Positions 37,601-50,709 of a stretch of DNA of 64,000 nucleotides are shown here, piece by piece. Origin of the DNA: Bugula neritina (Eukaryota; Animalia; Bryozoa); contig OZ037766.1 of NCBI GenBank assembly GCA_964035545.1, forward strand, positions 24,234,126 through 24,298,125, in the 5' to 3' direction. The notes beneath the pieces are model-generated. The model was not told the origin of the DNA and made no database searches. It saw only the letters and a program-made list of their open reading frames with translations. A program made the position numbers and the translations under genes. Within the stretch, counting starts at the first letter, position 1, and every line of letters begins with the position of its first letter.

Positions 37601-40236
37601 GTTGTGACAGGTACGTGAGTAGTTGTGGCAGGTGCTTGTGTAGTTGAAACTGGTGCTTTTGTAGTCATAGCAGGTGCTTGGTTGGTTGAAGCAGGTGTTT
37701 GAGTAGTTTTGGTAGGTGCTTGAATAGCTGTAGCAGGTGCTTTAGTAGTTGAAGCTGGTGCTTGAGTAGTGCTAGCTACTGTTTGCGTAGTTCTAGCAAG
37801 TTCTGGAGTAGTTTTAGCAGGTAATTTAGTAGATGTAGCAGGTGCTTGATTACTTGTAGCAGGTGCTTGCGTGGTTGGAGTTGGTGCTTGAGTAGATGTA
37901 GGAGGTGCTTGATTACTTGTAGCAGGTGCTTGAGTAGTTGTGACAGGTGCTTGAGTAGTTGTGGCTGGTGCTTCAGTAGTTGAAATAGGTGTTTGGGCTG
38001 TAGTAGCTACCATTATACTATTATTCATAGTAGTGGTTAATAAACGATTTTTGGTAGTCAGTGAAGTTCCTTTAGTTGAGGATACTTTACTACCACTAGG
38101 TATTGTTGAGCTTACAGGCACACTGACCAACTCATCTTTACTGGATATAACCACTTTGCTGTCGATATTATCCAGAATAGATATAGAGCCATTAGTAAGA
38201 GAACTTAATAGGGACTTAATATCTGAAAGAAAGTCATCTTTTGTAGAAGGTATTTTAGTTGTTTTAACTGATGGTTGAGTAGTTATAGCAGGTGCTTGGG
38301 TAGTAGTAGCAGGTGCTTTAGTAGGTGAAACAGGTGATTTAGTAGTTGTAGCCATGATTAAACTATTATTCACAGTAGTGGTTAATAAACGATCGCCAGT
38401 AGTCAGTAAAGTTCCTTTAGTTGAGGATACTCTACTACTACTAGGTATTGTTGAGCTTACAGGCACACTGACCAACTCATCTTCACTGGATATAACTACC
38501 TTGCTGTCGATATTATCTAGAATAGATATAGAGCCATTAGTAAGAGAACTTAATAGGGACTTAATATTTGAAAGAAAGTCATCTTTTGTAGAAGGTCTTT
38601 TAGTCGTTTCAACTGGTGGTTGAGTAGATGTAGCATGTGCCTTAGTAGTTGTAACTGGAGCTTGGGTAGTTGTAGCTGGTGCTTGTGTAGATGCAGCTGT
38701 ATCAACAAATAAAGACTTATTGAGATCCAGAAACAGTTTACGCAGTAAAAAATGTTTTAATAACTCACAGAAAAAAATCACTTGCATCCCATGCAACCCC
38801 AATTCACAATCATACAACTGCAACTTGCACTACATTTGAAAAAAATTCCACAGAGCAATGGATGTAATAAATCTTTCTAAAGTTCTACCTGTACAAATGA
38901 CTCCATCACCAGTGTATCCATCCTTACATTTACATTGGAATGATCCATCAGTGTTTGTACATTCTGCATTTGTTGCACAGTTGTCTATTTGTTCAGTACA
39001 TTCATTTATATCTGAAATTCAATGAGTAATGAGTTTCACAATACTCTCTAGATATTTAGCTAGACAAGACTGATTTACAGTCTTCTGTTGCTACAGCTCT
39101 GCAGTTGTAAAAGTTTATAATGTAATTAGATAAGTTATCAAGCTTACCATCAACGCAAATGACTCCATCACCAGTGTATCCATCCTTACATTTACATTGG
39201 AATGATCCATCAGTGTTTGTACATTCTGCATTTGTTGCACAGTTGTCTGTCTGTTCAGTACATTCATTTATATCTGAAATTCAATGAGTAATGAGTTTCA
39301 CAATACTCTCTAGATATTTAGCTAGACAAGACTGATTTACAGTGTTCTGCTGCTACAAAAAGCTGTGGAAGCAGCACATGGACACACCTAACATGACACC
39401 TTCAAACAAGTATTAACCGCCAACAACAGATGTGACCACACAAAAAAAAGCATGCAAACATTGTATATTGAGTGCCTGGTGTAGATTGAATCAGTAATCA
39501 TTAGGTTGCACCGGTAAGACTGCTTAAAACACTATAGACTGAGTTTTTTGCCTCATCAAAAAACAAATTGAGCTTAGGCTAATAAAATAGTATGTAATAT
39601 GAAAACTCTTATCGATTCCTACAATCAATGTTACCCTTTGGACACCAAGTGGGAAAATTATTTTTAATACAATTTCACAAGACTTTAAACAATCCCATTG
39701 AAGTTCGATTCCTTCAACAGGACAATGTTTATATAAGCAGAAGATAATTTGCTTAGCCGGGTTGAACACTACCTGAACACACTGTTCCATCTCCTGTACA
39801 ACCGACATCACAAAAACACTGAATTCTGCCATTTAAAAATTCACATGCGCTGCTTTCAGAACACGGCCCTCCTGTAAATTTTATATAAAAAAATGTACAA
39901 AAATTATCCAGCTACAATTCTACTTTTCAATACATATTTTTTGCTTTATGACTAAACAAAAAGATACAAATGCTATTAAAATAGAAAACACATATTTTTA
40001 AAATTTTAAAAATTCCTAGTTGTTAGAAATGGAACATTGGAAGAAGTAGCTGTTTACACAAGGGTAGAAGGGCAGTTAGTTGACCAGCCAAGGTTTCAAG
40101 GTAGAGGAATATTATTCTACTAATTAATATATACTTTTGCATTTATTTAAATGAAACAATCAAAATAGTCAGTACCTGATAACCCTGAAACGAATAAAGC
40201 CAGTAGCAGCATCACAGGAAAACTCTTTGTCTTCAT
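31682..40236 (-). CDS. Membrane mucin paralog B: signal peptide, EGF, 2x cbEGF, (TTQAPAT)n, furin-site domain, TM, cytoplasmic tail
   Basis: Phase-compatible exons: 40236-40176 (MKTKSFPVMLLLALFVSGLS), 39871-39773 (EGF), 39273-39148 and 39011-38889 (DINEC cbEGF), 38696-36142 (mucin), 36003-35645 (RKRR), 35041-35000, 34337-34207 (CKNGWRGKKC + TM), 33772-33669, 32434-32306, 31756-31682 (...FEVYTPSII*). Confidence 0.85.
32535..32730. repeat. ~51-bp intronic tandem repeat (~3.5 copies)
   Basis: CCCTTCTAGCTACACCCCTAGCTACATTTACACTCCCCAGTCA repeated. Confidence 0.85.
36260..37990 (-). repeat. 21-bp coding minisatellite encoding TTQAPAT-like heptads
   Basis: GCAGGTGCTTGAGTAGTTGT units; 252-bp internal duplication (37261 vs 37513). 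Confidence 0.9.
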
Positions 40237-40984
40237 GATTTGTTTGAAACAATTTTAAGTACCCAACTTAATATGATTTTTAAACTTTAACAACTATTTC
40301 CACTGAACAAAGTATTAAATTCTTTAAGAATACAGACGTCTATTGTCTAAATCTACAGACTTCCACTATGATGACACTCAATGGCAGGTAGAGCGTATTT
40401 TATACTAAATATAGATAAGAGAAAGCATAATTATTATCGATGAGCCAGCTCATCTCTTAAATAAAGAATTACCATGATTACCAGCTCATTACCTTAGATA
40501 GATAAAATGCCACTTTATAAGACGTAGCAGTAGGTAGGGAATTTCAATGATTCAAGCCTCACCTGTACCACGCCCTTTTAAAACTAGTTTAAGATATGCC
40601 CTGGGAATGAATCTTTAGTCATTATGTAATTTAATTTATTTAGATCAAGTGATAAATCACACTTGTAATATTATTAAAAATTATTTGATAAGTATTTTCA
40701 AATTTTCTAACCAAAATTTTTACAAATAGTTTGCAATTGCTTGTTAAAACATCAGAAATTACGAAGTTGTATCAACTTTTTCGTAAATTCATTGCTTTTA
40801 ACATTATAATAATTCCAGAGTATAAAAAACAATAATGCAAACGTAAGCAATTTTGCTGAATAACCCTTACAGTCCTGTGGTAGTTTTGAAATATTTACAA
40901 ATACCTGCTCCCACATGTCACAATGTTTACATAAGACTTATGGCATCTCCCACCCACTTGACAGGATGAGTCACTGACACACTG

Positions 40985-43900
40985 CTATAAGTGATTGGAT
41001 GTCATTAGTTTGTTGATATCACACCACCGTTGCTTTGCTTTCGAAATGCATAAAGTCAGTTGCTCAGAATTTAGAGAAGCTCCACCATGCTTACTAACAC
41101 TACAGATACTATCCCCTCCGCTGGTAATCACTGTGATTTGACCTTGACATACAGTCTCTTCTTCGTGAGTAGGGTCAACAAGTAGAACAGCATCGTCAAA
41201 CAGCTGAAGTAGAACACATAAGTAATGCCTATAAAGTATTTCTACAGACACATGACATTACTGTATAACAATGCGAGGGAAAATAAGTTTGTTATACGTA
41301 AGATATTGAAGCTACTAAACTTAAGGGCATATCAATACATGGGTTTTAAAGTGGAGTGAAAATAATGTAACATTTTACATTCAAACTTTTCTAAAAAATT
41401 GGTCACACAAGCCATAATCCATCAGGACTCAACAGTGGCAAACCAACTTACAGCAATTTCAAATATAAGCTTGTTAACACAACAAGACTTTTTCTTCATT
41501 CAATAATTTGATAAAAAATCAACATATTTATATTCCCATTCAACATGACCGTAAACTGTAAACCTGAGACAGTAAACTTAGATCAAAAATTATTAAATTA
41601 TTTTCAGAATTTAATAACTAAAGCAGTAATTTCTAAAATTACCTCAAAATTAAAAAAATCTCTCTTTGAAAAAAATATTTGTTTGAGAACTTATAAACCA
41701 GCTTTCTTACATATGCAATGATGAAACAAGTTTAGCAAAAGAATGAAGATTGCAATATAATTGTTAGGAAATATAGAATTAATTTAATGTTATGTATACA
41801 ATACACTGTACATGTATACAATATAACATACTTTACATGTATACAATATAACATACTGTAAATGTATACAATATAACATACTGTACATGTATACAATATA
41901 ACATACTGTACATGTATACAATATAACATACTTTACATGTATACAATATAACACACTGTAAATGTATACAATATAACATACTGTACATGTATACAATATA
42001 ACACACTGTAAATGTATACAATATAACATACTTTACATATATACAATATAACATACTGTACATGTATACAATATAACATACTTTACATGTATACAATATA
42101 ACATACTTTACATGTATACAATATAACATACCGTGCATGTATACAATATAACATACTGTACATGTATACAATATAACATACTTTACATGTATACAATATA
42201 ACATACTGTACATGTATATAATATAACATACTTTACATGTATACAACATCACATACCGTACATGTATACAATATAACATACTTTACATGTATACAATATA
42301 ACATACTTTACATGTATACAATATAACATACTTTAAATGTATACAATATAACATACTTTACATGTATACAATATAACACACTGTAAATGTATACAATAGA
42401 ACATGTATAAATATAATATACTGTATCTAGACACATATGTAACATACTATATTGTGTGTTAACATATTTATAACTTACTGTGAAACTGAGAGAAACAGGC
42501 ATACAGCTCAGAGTAAGTTGACGCTTATGATCTTTATCTATAGTGAGAGTTTCTTGTTCGGCATCGTACTGGGCCATAGGCAAAGATACGTCTCTAAGAG
42601 CTGATACAGCTGCTAACAGCACTGCATCCCGTATATTACCTGCAACATTCAATATAATATAGTACCTGCCACATTCAATATAATATGTTACCTACAGCAT
42701 TCAGTATATATACCTACAGCATTGAGTGCATATTACCTAGAGCGTTCAATAGATATACCTACAGCATTGAATTGTTACATACTTACAACAGTCCATGTAT
42801 AATGTGTAGCCTAGTGCCCAAACACACAAGGTAAACTGTAATGAATGTTAATAGCACAGAAAGAATCATTGCAAATGCTTTCAAGAAAATGCTATTATGT
42901 CCTTATTCCAAGAAGGCTAAGTAAAAATATCAATTTTTATTTAAAATGCCGTGCTGAATTTTAACCTAATTTTTTTAATATTCCTAAACATGTATATGTT
43001 CCACAAAGTAGTTTACTTAATCTAAACGTAAGTGCACTCTTAGTTTATTTATACTGAGTAGTTAAAAAACATTTATATTAACCAAATTTATAGGTGTATA
43101 TATAGCTTCATTATTTTCAGTCAAAAATCAATTTCACAATTTTGCGATGACTTTCTCAGTCGATTTCATAATAATATCCCTGGAGACATCGACATTTAAT
43201 TAAATCACTTTGTCGATTAGATCACTTACTTAAAGGATTGCTCTATCTTGTCTAATAAATGGCCATTTAGGTCAAACACACATAATATTGTGTTTTTCTA
43301 AGCATGCATTGACAAAAAACATTTGACCAAAGGTAAAAAAAGTTAGTTGAAGTTGAGGGTGTAGATTGGTAACAGCCAAAACGCCGATTTTGAAATGAGC
43401 TGGGAAATGTGACATAACAGCGCCAGCATTTCTGCTGGTCACGTGACTATACAAATGAATAACTATAGAAATATGACTGGGAGATGTGATCTTTCAGCTC
43501 GTAATTTGTATATTCATAGAAGTGCAAATGTGAATTATCTCAATCTATAGTTTTTTGACATTTTAAATAACATGTATGTAATAACATTAGGCCATATTTT
43601 GCTTGTAAACATTAGAAAAAAGCATTGCAAAAACATGCGTTCTTTAGGATGGATGCCTGCGATCGATCTAAACTAGGTCAGATTGTGCAATATTACGGGC
43701 ACACCAAAGCTGACCTATATAGTGCACTGTAACTGCTTGAGCGTTATTGGTTGATATTGTGCTCAGCAACCTTGAATACTAGCGTTATAGTTAGCACGTG
43801 CAGCATAGTTACTGGCGTTCACACGTCATGTATTAGGCTATTCTTTTTCATGGCTGAAAATTTTACTGCCCTCAAAATTGGAATTTTGAAAAGCTGTTTT

Positions 43901-46140
43901 CTAGGAACATATCCCTTTGCAAAGTCACAATTGTTTGCATACACATTAAATTATAGTTCATAATTATAATGTGATTGTAATAAACTAAGATTGAGCAATC
44001 CTTTAAAATCACTTACAATAAAATTGCATTAAGTCATGTCAAGTTTCACAGTTTACAATCCTATCAGCTATCATTCTCAGTTATCGATTTATGCAATTGA
44101 ATATGACAATACATAAAATTTTCAACTGGCATCAAAGCGATTAATCGAGTCATACTTGACTATTAAAAATGTCTTTACACATCAATATAGTTTCAACAAG
44201 TTTCAGTAAAGCAATAACGGGTCTTCAAACAAGTGAAATTAACTAAATTCACTTTCGAGCGAAGATATGAAAGCATATTTACCATTTACCTAAAAGAATC
44301 AATGATTATTATTAGAATTCTCAGGCTACAAAACTATACATGAGGCTAACTCAGCCCGTAGTTTATTATCCAATAATATTATTAGACTGATTAAAGCATA
44401 GAAAGCCAAAGTCAAAATTTTCACATCCATTGGCTTCACAGCTACTACCAATGTGAAATATTTACACTTTTTATTATTTATCCTATCAGCTAATTGTAAA
44501 TCAACTAATATGAAAAATTAATATAAATTAGCTTAGCTACTACAGTAATAACTAATACAACACGCTACCTACCAGGCAGTGTTTATTTAGAAATGGAAGA
44601 TTTAAAAATTAGCTTCAAAAAGGCAAGTCAGCAAGAGTGACCTACCATCATAGTTGCAACAGATCACATCACAGTATAGTATCCAGCAGTAGAGTCCACT
44701 CTCTATACACAGCTGTGTCCTGTCAATCATGCCAGTGTCTAAGAGCACCTGCTGCACAAAGTCACTGAGAACCTGGGCTTTCTCACTGGGTGGTCCTGCA
44801 AACAAGAAATAAAAAACTATGTATTAAGCAAAAATAGGTGTTGCAAGACATCTGAATAAAGAAAGTAATTGGAACAAGTGACTTCTAAATTGACATTAAA
44901 ATCCTGTTCATTTAAGCATCAAAATAACAACAGTAGGGTCTATAGCTTGTTTAGGTTATGATTGACCAGTATTGGACACCAATTCGATTAGTCATGCCCC
45001 AAATTAATAACGCGTTTAACAATCATTCAAAGCACAGCAATCAAAATCTTCAACTCAAACATGGTAAAAATGGCAGAAGTAACCATTTTAAAACATTATA
45101 TATAGTTGAACAATGAAACTAAATTTAGTTGAACATAATTAGATTTTAGCAATTCATAATATAAATGAGAATTGAGATACTGAATATGACTAATTAAATT
45201 TGATTTAGATAATATTATTCTATACACCCATTTCTTTTCTATTGTTGCTGAAATGCTAAAATCTACATTCAACCTAATTCCGCAGAGTTTGAGTTAAATT
45301 GATTTTTTAAAATATGTAAATAATAATTTAAACAAAAAATACCAGATTTAAATTCAGGAGCACACATAGCTGGCAGCTGTACATTAGCTATAATGACACC
45401 GGAATCAGGTTTCTCTGTGGGTGGTCTGGTAATCTCTGCCTTGATACCACACACAGCTACTGTGTGACCTAGTTTCACCATGGCACTGCCATCAGCTGTA
45501 CTAATGGCTCCCAGTGTAAGCTTCTATACAACACTTTGAAAGGTAAGTATATTGGAAAGATAAAAATATGCTGTATAATATATGAATCAAAATACTTCTA
45601 AAACAAAAATTGATGTTACGCAGAAATAGTCTTAGAAAATGACGGCCTTTTTAGGCAGTAAATGAAAAAAGTAACATCATTGCTGCAAAATAGAGTTTGC
45701 TACGATAATGAGGATAAAATGAAAATAACTCATAAGGCAGATTTTATTGCAACCAACTGGTAAATGGCAATTATCATTTGTAAAATTCAATCAAACAGAT
45801 TATGCTTTACAACAATACTATGTTTGCCAGCATAGATATATCCTTCAATGCCTCTCAACAGACAGAATCTATTCCAATTGGATCAATTTTCAAGATAACA
45901 CACAAGGCTTTATTTAACCTTGAAACTTGAGAAACACACAACTAAAAAAGCACATTTTAGTGACTAAAACCAAAGAGTGAATCAAATTTTGCTGCATGTC
46001 AAGTTAATTTTTATTGTTTTAAAACTTACTGCCTCCCTGGTGTCCCCTAAACCACGATTGTCAGGTCTAACATCTTGTTCTAAAAACTTCAACAAGTATT
46101 CCTTACGTTGATAAGCCCGGACTTCATTGGCAGCAGACAT
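40985..46140 (-). CDS. EXOSC8: Exosome complex component RRP43
   Basis: Exons 46140-46030, 45523-45343, 44795-44646, 42639-42479, 41203-40985. RNase PH-fold motifs EQDVRPDNR, GAISTADGSAMVKLGHTVAVCGIKAE, FKSGPPSEKAQ, CWILYCDVICCNYDGNIRDA, LLVDPTHEEE. Confidence 0.92.
41793..42396. repeat. 25-bp minisatellite (~24 copies) in EXOSC8 intron
   Basis: Unit CT(G/T)TACATGTATACAATATAACATA. Confidence 0.95.
43234..44002. mobile_element. Non-autonomous Kolobok-like DNA transposon
   Basis: 16-bp TIRs AGGATTGCTCTATCTT / AAGATTGAGCAATCCT (15/16 match), TTAA TSD at 43230-43233 and 44003-44006, AG terminus. Confidence 0.75.
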
Positions 46141-48213
46141 TGGGCTACAAAAGAGCTCACTGATTAAATGCAGTTGATTACGCTTAATTCCTCAGTCTGA
46201 GTTTCATCCCAATTGAGAGTAGGGCCAAAAGGATGCTAAGATGTAGATTATATAAGTTACTCAGCTAGTTGAAAATAGAGCATGGTTTGATAAAGTACAA
46301 AATCCACATGCAACTTGATACGAGAATAAGCATATGTCAAACCATTATAACATAATTGAATCAGAGGGAAATGGTGGGAGTAACAGAAATGTCAAGTACA
46401 CATCTATAGAAAATAACCACAAATTTAGTAGTTTAGAGAAATTAGCATTAGTTCAGGGACCAATGTCTAATGTCCAATTTGCTACCAATAGTACATAGAG
46501 ATGATAATTACAATTGATATCAGGAAAGGTTAGAAGAGGATAGCAGGTCATATACAGTATACAAAGTTAGAAGAGAAAGGCATTGGATATTCTAGCAAAG
46601 ACCTGAAATAAACAGATTTTTCTGAAATAGATTAACATGTTTGTTGAATTAAAGGGAGTGTGGTTGTCATGTAAAAAATGCTGGTTTGCAATTGCGTAGC
46701 AAATCTGCCAACAGCCAAGAAGCTGTTAATTCAGAAAATAAAACTATCCAGAAAATGGCAATGAGGTGAGCTGTAGTTAAAGAGTTGAGCAGAGCAGCAG
46801 TAGCACTAAAATATGTTTACTTTAATAGTATATGTAATACGTGAGGTAGGCAAGCATAGTAAAAGTAAAACTAAAAGTAGTAAACGTTATGACAAAATGG
46901 GTAGTGATAGTTAGGCCTATAAATTCACGATAAGATCACAAGAGCATTATTAATTATATTGAGTGTTAACTATAAGTATAAGCAAATGAAATTTCATATA
47001 AATTTCACATATCTTTTGGTGGCACACAATGCAATCAGTATCACAATGCAAATACTATCAAAAGATATGGCTGTGATCCGTTGGCATTACTATAATACTA
47101 TTTATATAAGCTAAAATTTGGTTTAATTTCAAGTTTAGGCTATAATAATAATATTGTTTGTAATAGCAACATTATTATCATAATGATGGTGATATTATTA
47201 GTGGCACTTTTGGTGATAGTAATAATTATACTTATACTTGGTCTTGAGCAAGAGCATCAGATTGAAACTAGTATCAGTACTGGTACAAGTATTGCTAAAG
47301 TATTGCTATCGGTACAGTTATAAAATATAAAATAAATGTTATAATAATAACTGATAAATAAATATTAAAATACTAATACGGTAATAGTATAAGTAAAACT
47401 AATAATTTATTTTTTATTAAATTTCACATCATAATTTTAATTTAAATTATTAATATTATAAAATTAAATTTAAAAAATATGATGATTAAATCATTATTAA
47501 ATCATAATTATCATCATGATTATGGTTGTGACTTATAATCCTATTTTAACATGTTTATGTTATTTTACATTTACAATATTGAATATTAATATAAATATTA
47601 GTTTAGTTCAACATAAATATTGAAAATTATTAAAAATATAACTTATTAACTATAATCATAATGATAATGAATATAATACTAATCAATATCCACATTATTA
47701 TTAGCATTTTTATTTTGATATTTTTGTTATGATCATTAACAAATATTAAATAATTAAGTTTAACTATCACTATGAACTTCAAGTCATAACATAATGATAA
47801 AGTTAAACATAAGAGTTAATAAGTGAACATCAACTTGAACTTGTTTCCAAATTTAGATGTGAGCTAATCAATACTCATTAACACACGCTCACTGAGTCTG
47901 ACACTAAAACTAAATCTATTGTTAGTTAAGGTCCTTATTACACTTACAGCAGTTTAATTGTTAAAACTAAAGTAAGCTAAAACTCAACCTTTCAAATTAA
48001 ACTAAAAGTAAAAGTTAATTCTAAATCACGAGTTGGGTGTTACGGAAGTACAATGTAACAATTTCAAATGGATATTCTGCACACGTAGACACTTCACTAT
48101 AAAATTAATTGTAGCAGTGGTTGAAAAGTATAATTTTTCTGCTATTTTACCCGCAATACTGTTTTATGTCTTTAAAGAATTTAGGTTTTATTTGTTTGAT
48201 TTGAACTCACAAA

Positions 48214-48343
48214 AGCTGATAGAAACAGCGCCGAGTTGGTGGGTAATGAGTGCAGTAGTTTTGGCCTCCAAATTCGCGATAAGAAAATTGACCTCAAACT
48301 ACTGTTTTGAGTGACTACCAACTTGGTGCTGTTTTTAGCAACT
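48214..48343. repeat. Short foldback inverted repeat (MITE-like)
   Basis: AGCTGATAGAAACAGCGCCGAGTTGGT pairs with ACCAACTTGGTGCTGTTTTTAGCAACT; inner CAGTAGTTT/AAACTACTG. Confidence 0.55.
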
Positions 48344-49215
48344 CATGCGCTCACAGGCACTGAACTGAAACTATAGTTAATGCTCGCAGGCTTACACGAG
48401 TTACTGTCGCCAAAATATAACATAATTATTGAGATATTATAATTGATATTATACACAGTCATAGTGACATAAACTTGCGTGAGTGAGTTTTATAGTGACA
48501 CACTCATACTGATAGTAATATAAACTCAGAGTATTGTACTCGTACTGTTTCAAGATCAAGTCCAATCTGTATTTGTCTACTGAATACTTGCACACTTAGT
48601 GACTTTGACTTACACTAAACAATATGAATATCAATATCAATATGAATAAAACATAGTGATAGTGATAGAGTTTTGTATTTCAAATAGGGATTACAATTTA
48701 CATTTGTGGTAGTTTTACAATTTGAATTTATGTAGCTTGAAGTCGACTGTTGAAGCCCTTGAACCAACTCCAAGTTGTTTTCTTTAGTTTAACTTAAAGT
48801 TGAAGTTTACACTTACTCTTAGGCCTACAGCTACAGGTCAACTGTTAACTTGAACTTCAGATTGAAACTTGAAGTTAAAGCTAATAGTATCGGTAATACT
48901 AATACTAATAGTAATACTCTAATAGTAAAGTAAAAGTCTTGGTAATCTTACTTAAGTATAATAATAAACTTTTAAAGTAAAAGTATAACTCGCGGTTGCA
49001 TTCACTCTCGCTCATAGTGCTAGTCTAAGTCCTACTTTTGCTCTTAGTCTTAGCCCTTAGGGCTGGAGACGGAGTTGGTAAAATTAAATGTATAACTTAT
49101 AGTTGTAGTTGCACATATACTATTAGTAATAATATGACAAACAATCTTGCAATGAAAGAAACTAATATTTCTGCCAAAGCATATTTAAAAGGTGTGCTAA
49201 TTCAAGCCAGAGTAT

Positions 49216-49521
49216 TGTGGTGGCTCGTGGAGCTACCAGCAACACAATACGCAAGGTTGCGTATTGACCCGGAACAATGTATTAGCCAATTAGCTAGGCT
49301 GTTTTATGAGTAATAGTAGCAGCTTCGCGCTACTAGCTCAGTTGAGGATAGTGCTGTAAATTAAATAGACGTGCGTATCATTACTGTTGTACATTAGATT
49401 TTATTATGTATTCTTGTATTAAAATATAACGATATCTACTCGACTTAACTCGGTGAAGTTTCTCTAGCGATAAATAGATTCTCTTGGTGGCACATCAACC
49501 CTAAATCTGGAAAACATAACA
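49216..49521 (+). repeat. 5' LTR
   Basis: Near-identical to 56357-56662. Confidence 0.97.
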
Positions 49522-49522
49522 G

Positions 49523-49540
49523 TGGTGGCAGCAGTGGGAT
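49523..49540 (+). promoter_or_regulatory. Primer binding site, probably tRNA-Leu
   Basis: TGGTGGCAGCAGTGGGAT is complementary to ...ATCCCACTGCTGCCA-CCA, resembling metazoan tRNA-Leu 3' ends; lies 1 nt after the LTR. Confidence 0.8.
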
Positions 49541-49554
49541 AGTGTACATCAAAG

Positions 49555-50421
49555 ATGGAGACTGAAAATGCTAGAATGCAACCACCCCCAGTAGAAGGTG
49601 AGCGTAGAAATGCTGTTAATCCTGTGAATCGTGAGGGAGAAGAAGCTTATAGACATTGCTTGAAGGCTCCCACCTTTACTGGGTCGGAAGATGTCGAACA
49701 ATTTATACAAGAATTTAGAGAGGTAATGGAGGTTGCTCAATGGCCGCATAGAGTGGCCCTTATTCAATTGCGGAGAGCGGTGACGAAGCAAGCCAAGCCG
49801 TACGGAGTAGGAACGGACGTAGACGGAATACTGGCTGCGCTGCGGGCCCGTTTTGGCATCTCCACAATAGACGCTAGGACCAAGCTAGAGAGATTGTGCC
49901 GCAACCCGCGGACCTCGCTGCAAGAACATGCCGCGACGGTGAAGAAGCTGGCGCAGATTGCATATAGCGATCTGCCCGCACAACACCAAGAGCGTTACAC
50001 CTATGACGCCTTTGTCCAGTCACTAAACGACCTGGGCCTAAACCATCAACTACGAGCTAAAGGGATAACCAGAATAGAGGATGCCCTGAAAGCTGGAGAA
50101 GCTTACCTGTTGGCTACCCAAATGCATCGAGCACAACGGAGCCCACCAGTAGTTGGAGTCAACGCTGCCAGGGCTACGACAGGCCCCGAAGCCCTCCCGC
50201 TGGAAGCCGAAGTGGACCGTATGGTAGAGATGCTGGGACAACTGGTAACCATTCTGGCCGGTGCTGGCCCCGGTCAGGCCCTGCGGGTGCCTCCAACACC
50301 TGTAGGGCAGGGCTGGAGTAGCGCTGATCAGGACCAGGGACAGAAAGGACGACCCCAATACCAGGGGGCGTTAAACTGTCACGGCCCGCGGACACTCTCC
50401 CTCCCCGCGGGCCGCAACTAA
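49555..50421 (+). CDS. gag: Gag (capsid-like), 288 aa
   Basis: First ORF after the PBS; KAPTFTGSEDVEQFIQEF...W motif typical of Gypsy gag; no CCHC knuckle seen. Confidence 0.85.
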   Translation: METENARMQPPPVEGERRNAVNPVNREGEEAYRHCLKAPTFTGSEDVEQFIQEFREVMEVAQWPHRVALIQLRRAVTKQAKPYGVGTDVDGILAALRARFGISTIDARTKLERLCRNPRTSLQEHAATVKKLAQIAYSDLPAQHQERYTYDAFVQSLNDLGLNHQLRAKGITRIEDALKAGEAYLLATQMHRAQRSPPVVGVNAARATTGPEALPLEAEVDRMVEMLGQLVTILAGAGPGQALRVPPTPVGQGWSSADQDQGQKGRPQYQGALNCHGPRTLSLPAGRN

Positions 50422-50427
50422 AGGAGT
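50370..50427 (+). promoter_or_regulatory. Putative -1 ribosomal frameshift signal
   Basis: G_TTA_AAC in gag frame (50370-50376), 5-nt spacer, perfect 10-bp GC stem 50382-50391/50405-50414; the -1 frame is open to 50828. Confidence 0.75.
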
Positions 50428-50709
50428 ATGGTGGAACACGCCGTCGTCTGTCCGTACGGACACGACGGAACATTCCACCCGAGTGGCAGGTACCACGCAG
50501 GACTAGTAGGCCCGCACAACGGCCCAGTACCTTCTCTCTGCCACTCGCTAACCGGTTTCACCGGTTACCTCGGGAAGAGGAGCCCGCCACTGAAATGGAG
50601 CCAGAAGGCCCAGTGGAGAGCCCCAAACCCCGCCGGCACCAACCTCGCCGCCGGAAGCCCCGTAAACCACGGGTGAAACCCCCGCCGTCCTGTCACTCCA
50701 GGACAGCAC

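Noticed and set aside
41732-42400. Cys/Tyr-rich ORFs or CRISPR-like periodicity
   Set aside because: Head-to-tail 25-bp minisatellite with no unique spacers, inside a eukaryotic intron.
46900-49200. Very AT-rich patchwork of short repeated words
   Set aside because: No consistent unit, ORF or termini discernible; treated as low-complexity intergenic DNA.
49038-49313. ORFs ending ...CISQLARLFYE (also 56131..56454)
   Set aside because: Chance frames running into the duplicated LTR.
50428-50676. Separate small ORF between gag and pol, or stop-codon readthrough
   Set aside because: Two in-frame stops would need readthrough; a -1 frameshift plus one G-run indel explains the region more simply.
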